A DNA stretch of 64,000 bases from a virus (lineage: Duplodnaviria > Caudoviricetes). This document shows positions 58,769 to 64,000 of the stretch, piece by piece. Both the position numbers and the translations under genes were made by a program. The notes beneath the pieces were generated by a model. It made no database searches and had not been told where the DNA came from. It saw nothing but the letters and a program-made list of their open reading frames with translations. The stretch covers positions 7,951 to 71,950 of IMG/VR virus record IMGVR_UViG_3300035530_000023, one strand, 5' to 3'. Within the stretch, counting starts at the first letter, position 1. Every line of letters begins with the position of its first letter.

Positions 58769-59818
58769 ATGCAAAAGATTAACATTTTTAAAACAGCAAT
58801 TTCTGGGATTTATGGGATTGATAGTCAGTATAAATCTATAGCCGATTTCCTTATTAAGAATCGATCACAAATAAGAATTCCAGTTACAGATACTAATGAA
58901 ATTATGAAAACTCGTACATTAGCTACTACTAAAATTAGTAAACTATATGATGGCCTCATAAATAGTCATAAGCAGAACGTATTTACTTTATTAAATATAC
59001 CATCAGGAATTAGTACGCCTGAAATATTTACTATGAATCATATTTTGTTAGATATTAAACAACTCAAAGATGCAAATTCAGCAATTCACAAAACGATTTG
59101 TTCTCTACCTGAGTATGAAAACAAAATTATTTTAAATATTACACCTTACCTAAAACGGAAAATTGAGAACGTTGTAACTGATATGCCTAAAGTACAATCG
59201 TTATTTGTTAAAGGTTTATTGGTCAGATCTTATTACAACAGTATTGATTGGTTAACTCCTAGTCTTATAAAATATCTTAGCAAATCCTATAGTATGACCA
59301 TTTCTACTAACATAGCAAGAAATTATAATTTGGATTATAATGATCAACAAATTATTAGTACTATTCTTACTACGTACTTTCATACTAAGTGTTATGGTGA
59401 TACTAGGGGCGATTTTCCAGTAACCATTAAGGATTGTACAGAACTTGGATCTCGAATAGACATAGTCGATAGGTTAGAGACTATGAAAGAATATCTTAAT
59501 GGTGATACTGATATGACAATTGAAAGTATATGTGAATTAATTAGAAAGATGGGTCCTGAACGTATGAATACTTTCGATACTCGTATGTTCTATACTATAA
59601 ATCAAAGATTAGGTAGCGATCATGTATCCACTTTGATGAGTTTAGAATATCCTCCATATTGGGCACATGAAGTATTGCTCGCATTAAGTGGTATAAAATC
59701 CGGATTATATATTGCTATGAAAAATCAAATGAGAGGTAAATTGATTAAGGAAGGCGAAGAATTCGGAGATACCCTTACAAGAACTTCTAAGTTTATGGAT
59801 TCGATCGAAGATATATAA
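58769..59818 (+). CDS. Virion protein (phiKZ gp28-like)
   Basis: 349 aa; SLEYPPYW motif; divergent from the sheath gene. Confidence 0.5.
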   Translation: MQKINIFKTAISGIYGIDSQYKSIADFLIKNRSQIRIPVTDTNEIMKTRTLATTKISKLYDGLINSHKQNVFTLLNIPSGISTPEIFTMNHILLDIKQLKDANSAIHKTICSLPEYENKIILNITPYLKRKIENVVTDMPKVQSLFVKGLLVRSYYNSIDWLTPSLIKYLSKSYSMTISTNIARNYNLDYNDQQIISTILTTYFHTKCYGDTRGDFPVTIKDCTELGSRIDIVDRLETMKEYLNGDTDMTIESICELIRKMGPERMNTFDTRMFYTINQRLGSDHVSTLMSLEYPPYWAHEVLLALSGIKSGLYIAMKNQMRGKLIKEGEEFGDTLTRTSKFMDSIEDI

Positions 59819-59851
59819 ATTAACTTTTATAACCCACAAAAGAGGCACTTT

Positions 59852-62485
59852 ATGTCGATTGACAAATCTACCATATGTAATATACTCAATGAATACTGTT
59901 TTGCCAACATATGGAACGAGTGTGCCAGTGAGTCTAGAGTGAATATATCTCCTCGTCTGGTCAACAATAGCCGGTCATGTACCGGCTATTGTTTGACAGG
60001 ATCTAAAGTCTTACATCTACCATATACAGATAAATCTTTTTTTGTATATACTTTTAGATATGAGGATACAAAAGGATCACTGGCAATTCCGAAAGATACT
60101 TGGGTGAATTTAGTAGACCTTTGTAATGTACACGATATTCTCATGAAAGTCTATACTTCTGAGGGTAGGATGTTATCATTCAAAGAAGGATTCATTCAAA
60201 GTTGTTCTGATAACAATACCATATTTTTAGCAATTACTAAAAAGGGTTTGAATCGAATCGGGAGTGATAATAGAGAGATATACTTTACACTATACAAAGA
60301 TCCCGATAAAATTGGTAACGTAACTATTTATAGTTACAATAGTAGTGAATTAAATCCTATTACTCATCGCATCTATGTAGCTACCAAGTCAGCAGTTAGT
60401 AAAATGAAACATGAATGTTTTATCAATGGGTATTATTATACCACAGATACGATTGAGAGTGTATATAACCACACTCAAGATATAGATATAATTTATGATG
60501 AAGATATCGTCGGTGTAGTTAATATTCCTATAACAACTAATCCTCACCCATTCTACAGTTCTAAAGATAAATTGTATAAAGAAATTATACATATACCCAA
60601 AAATATCAATCCAGCAAATAAGATAATTACTCACGACAGTTGTACTTTGTATGTATTGGATCCAAATGATCGAGGTACATATTTACATTATACTTCGGAT
60701 AGGAGTATAGGACAAATTACTCACAATGATTTAAGTGTACCTACTTATATACTTGATGCACATAAAGATTATCTTGAAACTACTGACGTACGAATTCAGA
60801 TGAAAATTCGTTTACATCAAAAAGATAACACACTGATGCGCAATCAGGCATATATAGATCTATTATATCAAACTCAAAGTGATGAAAATATTATTTCACA
60901 TTTGCAAGGTAAGTTAGATCCAGATTTGGAATTTTGGACAGCTGATCATTTAGAACAGCATCCGTATGTACAGATGATGTATGATGTCCCAAATATAATT
61001 ACTCCAGAAAATTTAGAATACTACATAAATACTTTAGGATATTATCATTCAATATCTTTAATATGTCGTAGAATTCACAATAGCACAATTACTCCCTACA
61101 CCTCAAGGATATTTTGTTATAACAAACCTAGCATTTGGAAAAATAGTAATATCTTTCCAATCGTTTATGTAAATGGCCAAAAGATACATAATGAATATAT
61201 TGCACATTTATCCAGCAATAGGGATGTTACTATCAAATTGTATGATGATGTAGTTCTGAGAACTGGGGATATAGTTACAACAATTATGTGCCCAATTGGT
61301 GATAAAACAATATATACAATTACTCCATCAGAAGAGCAAGATACCCTTACTATTCCAGATAGGAGTTTTTCTATATATCAGGAAATGATATATTCAGATA
61401 CCAACGAAACGCCTATATACGAAACAGTAAATAAAGGGTATAAATATACTACCTTATTAGAAAATGAAGGAAAGATTGCGAGTATTCACAACGACGATGG
61501 AACTGTAACTTTACAATTCAATACTCAGGCATTTGGAACAACTTATCACATCATATATAACGAGTATACTCAATATCTAAATTATAATTTAGATGATCAG
61601 ATTGAAGATAGTAAATCTATAGTTGTTGATGTAGAGGGACGGTCAACTACTAATACATACATTCCACTCTTTAATATAAAAGATACATTTGTATATCTTA
61701 ATGGGAAATATCTAGTAAATGGAGTAGACTATCAAATTGTAAATTATACTAACGCAAATGATGATATTATAAAAGTTCAATTATGTATTCAAAATATGTC
61801 ATATGTTAAGTCTGAAAATAATAGATTAGAAGTAATTGCTACTACAGTAGAAGCGACAGATACAGATCATGGATATGTAATCCACGATATAGCTAGTCGG
61901 GATATCGATGTTGATATATGGTTTGAAGCACTTACAACACTTCATATATCTGGCAAATATGAACCTGAAGTCGAATCTACTGGAATAGGAATGCGCTTAC
62001 CTGAAGGTAAATATGCTGACGGCAAATTATTCGGACTAAAAACGACAATACCTAAGAATATCCATGACTTATTGTTACCAATTAACGACGATATAGAAAT
62101 TTCTCATATCAAAGCGATTGATAGTTATCTTAGAGAAACTATGCCTGAATATCAAGACGATGTCATTCTACCTAATTCGCACAAGATATATAGTAGTTAT
62201 TTACATTATCTTATTGTCGGAATTTTAAACAATACAGTCACTCTGACATATGATCCAGATATAGAAAAGATGAAAATACAATTAAGTAATTATGATTATC
62301 TTAAACAGTATGATGTTATATTCAACAACGAGTCCATAGATAAACGTTATGTAGACATCTACCCAACATATTTGGATTTGACTGTAAACGATGACCAAAA
62401 AGCCGAACTGATCTATATGTTAAAACAACTTATCCTTGGCGAAGATAATATTACATCAGGAGTATTAATCGATGAGCAGCCCTAA
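59852..62485 (+). CDS. Virion structural protein (phiKZ gp27-like)
   Basis: 877 aa; FANIWNE, QITHNDLSVP and HKIYSSYL motifs; synteny. Confidence 0.55.
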   Translation: MSIDKSTICNILNEYCFANIWNECASESRVNISPRLVNNSRSCTGYCLTGSKVLHLPYTDKSFFVYTFRYEDTKGSLAIPKDTWVNLVDLCNVHDILMKVYTSEGRMLSFKEGFIQSCSDNNTIFLAITKKGLNRIGSDNREIYFTLYKDPDKIGNVTIYSYNSSELNPITHRIYVATKSAVSKMKHECFINGYYYTTDTIESVYNHTQDIDIIYDEDIVGVVNIPITTNPHPFYSSKDKLYKEIIHIPKNINPANKIITHDSCTLYVLDPNDRGTYLHYTSDRSIGQITHNDLSVPTYILDAHKDYLETTDVRIQMKIRLHQKDNTLMRNQAYIDLLYQTQSDENIISHLQGKLDPDLEFWTADHLEQHPYVQMMYDVPNIITPENLEYYINTLGYYHSISLICRRIHNSTITPYTSRIFCYNKPSIWKNSNIFPIVYVNGQKIHNEYIAHLSSNRDVTIKLYDDVVLRTGDIVTTIMCPIGDKTIYTITPSEEQDTLTIPDRSFSIYQEMIYSDTNETPIYETVNKGYKYTTLLENEGKIASIHNDDGTVTLQFNTQAFGTTYHIIYNEYTQYLNYNLDDQIEDSKSIVVDVEGRSTTNTYIPLFNIKDTFVYLNGKYLVNGVDYQIVNYTNANDDIIKVQLCIQNMSYVKSENNRLEVIATTVEATDTDHGYVIHDIASRDIDVDIWFEALTTLHISGKYEPEVESTGIGMRLPEGKYADGKLFGLKTTIPKNIHDLLLPINDDIEISHIKAIDSYLRETMPEYQDDVILPNSHKIYSSYLHYLIVGILNNTVTLTYDPDIEKMKIQLSNYDYLKQYDVIFNNESIDKRYVDIYPTYLDLTVNDDQKAELIYMLKQLILGEDNITSGVLIDEQP

Positions 62486-64000
62486 AACGTTATTCCAAGA
62501 TAAAAGACCTGATATATTGAGTATGGATGATTTATATGATCCCGACTCAAATACATCAGGTACTATTATTCCAACTGTAGGTAGTGTTCTAGTAGGTACT
62601 AACGAATATAGTCGAATATTATTTACTATAACTGAAGTTGATCCAATTACTCATAAAAGTACTTATAAACCATTATCAGTATTAGCTCAAGAGAATGAAG
62701 AAGATATAACATCCATCGTAGACTATAACAATACTCGATTTAAAATATTTTACGATACTCGAGTATCGCCAACAAAATTAAATATTGATAGCTTGTTGGT
62801 TATCTTTGGTATGCAAAATGAAGAGTATAGGTTAAGAAGATTTGACCCAGTAACAAAAGAAGATCAAATCATTTCAATCTACTATGACAGTAATGGGAAC
62901 TATAAAGGAAATCGTATTCCACTTAAACCATTAGGAACTACGAATGCTAAATATTGTTCCAATTGTCATACCCTAGTAGAACTTATTGATGATGATAAAA
63001 TTACTATGGAAGTTTTCGATCATATCGGAACTATGACTGCCGAAATTACACTATTTGCACAAAAAGCTGTCATTTTAAATGATTATGGAATACCGCCCAT
63101 CATAACAGATTTCGCACTGGAAGGCATTCAGATTAAAGATGATGCTTTTTATTTGTACGAAAAGCAAGATATTTCTGCATTATGTATCTCCCCTACAATC
63201 ACTTATAATGATGGAACTAAAGCGTTAGTACCTATCGATGAAGAAGTTTGTTTTTTATACGGTACTGAAGATCTCATTTCTTCATATCCCGGACTTAGAC
63301 AAACGATATTGTGTAAATACTATTTACGATCAGATCAACTTGCAGAAGGCGCTATTGATACTCGTAGGGGCAGATATGTCTATGCAGAAAAAGATGTAGT
63401 CATTCTTCCTAACAATACAATCTTCGGATGTAAAATATCAATATTACCTATCTGGAATAATATCTATGATAGATACGATTTGAAATTCTTTATGTATACT
63501 ACAGATAGAGATACTGTATATGACGTATCTAACAATATCAATATTTTAACTGATTACAATCCTAAAGATTTTGATAATGAACAATTAGTTACATACAGTG
63601 TTGATATGCAACAATTGTTAAATCTTGATAATGAATCTACTTACGTGCAGTCAACGTGGTTACGACTTAAACCCTACAATACGACTGTAGAAAGATACAT
63701 TATCAAAGATTCAGCACATCATGTCAATGCGTACGGAGTAGAAAACTCTACATATCGTAGACCAGTTATACATTACGATCATACACTTAATCAATATTAC
63801 ATTCCAAATAGTATATTTACTAATGTAGAGGCTTTTGTCGAAGTAGCATACGAAAAGGCTAATCCTCCTTTCGATACAGCTAACGAAATAGAACCACCTA
63901 CTCCTACACATTTCACTATACGTTCAGTGGAAACAGCACATACACTAATATCAGCTCCTATACCTCTTGAAAATTATAATCAAGCTTGGAATGCTATTAC
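62472..64000 (+). CDS. Virion structural protein (phiKZ gp26-like), 3'-truncated by the window edge
   Basis: Absent from the ORF track because it runs off the end. ATG at 62472 (MSSPKTLFQ...); IISIYYDSNGNY near the start and PTPTHF near the window end. I translated both ends, not every codon. Confidence 0.6.
   Translation, partial: MSSPKTLFQDKRPDILSMDDLYDPDSNTSGTIIPTVGSVLVGTNEYSRILFTITEVDPITHKSTYKPLSVLAQENEEDITSIVDYNNTRFKIFYDTRVSPTKLNIDSLLVIFGMQNEEYRLRRFDPVTKEDQIISIYYDSNGNYKGNRIPLKPLGTTNAKYCSNCHTLVELIDDDKITMEVFDHIGTMTAEITLFAQKAVILNDYGIPPIITDFALEGIQIKDDAFYLYEKQDISALCISPTITYNDGTKALVPIDEEVCFLYGTEDLISSYPGLRQTILCKYYLRSDQLAEGAIDTRRGRYVYAEKDVVILPNNTIFGCKISILPIWNNIYDRYDLKFFMYTTDRDTVYDVSNNINILTDYNPKDFDNEQLVTYSVDMQQLLNLDNESTYVQSTWLRLKPYNTTVERYIIKDSAHHVNAYGVENSTYRRPVIHYDHTLNQYYIPNSIFTNVEAFVEVAYEKANPPFDTANEIEPPTPTHFTIRSVETAHTLISAPIPLENYNQAWNAI

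Noticed and set aside
49-63911. Remaining 60-165 aa ORFs nested in or opposite larger genes
   Set aside because: They overlap well-supported CDSs, show shadow-frame composition and lack RBS or motifs.

Overview
AT-rich 64 kb segment of a phiKZ-related jumbo phage genome (Chimalliviridae-like, the nucleus-forming group; no shell protein gene is recognisable in this window, so nucleus formation is inferred, not seen). It carries three split virion RNA polymerase subunits (beta N/middle part, beta C-terminal part, beta' C-terminal part), one non-virion RNAP beta part, the polymerase half of a split family-B DNA polymerase, head, baseplate, portal, tail tube and tail sheath genes, RNase HI, GyrB-like and GyrA-like topoisomerase subunits, a divergent chaperonin and an M15 peptidase lysis module. 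The best-supported unusual element is a 1511-nt group I intron (1994..3504) splitting the virion RNAP beta gene just after the conserved DD motif. It has a readable ribozyme core and an HNH homing endonuclease with its own promoter-like motif. Features missing from the ORF track are a 65-codon chemoreceptor (MCP) C-terminal remnant, two short GC-rich intergenic RNA candidates and 18 long intergenic hairpins. phiKZ gene-number equivalences come from recalled motifs, sizes and synteny, not database searches. No CRISPR array, tRNA, rRNA or reverse transcriptase was seen.
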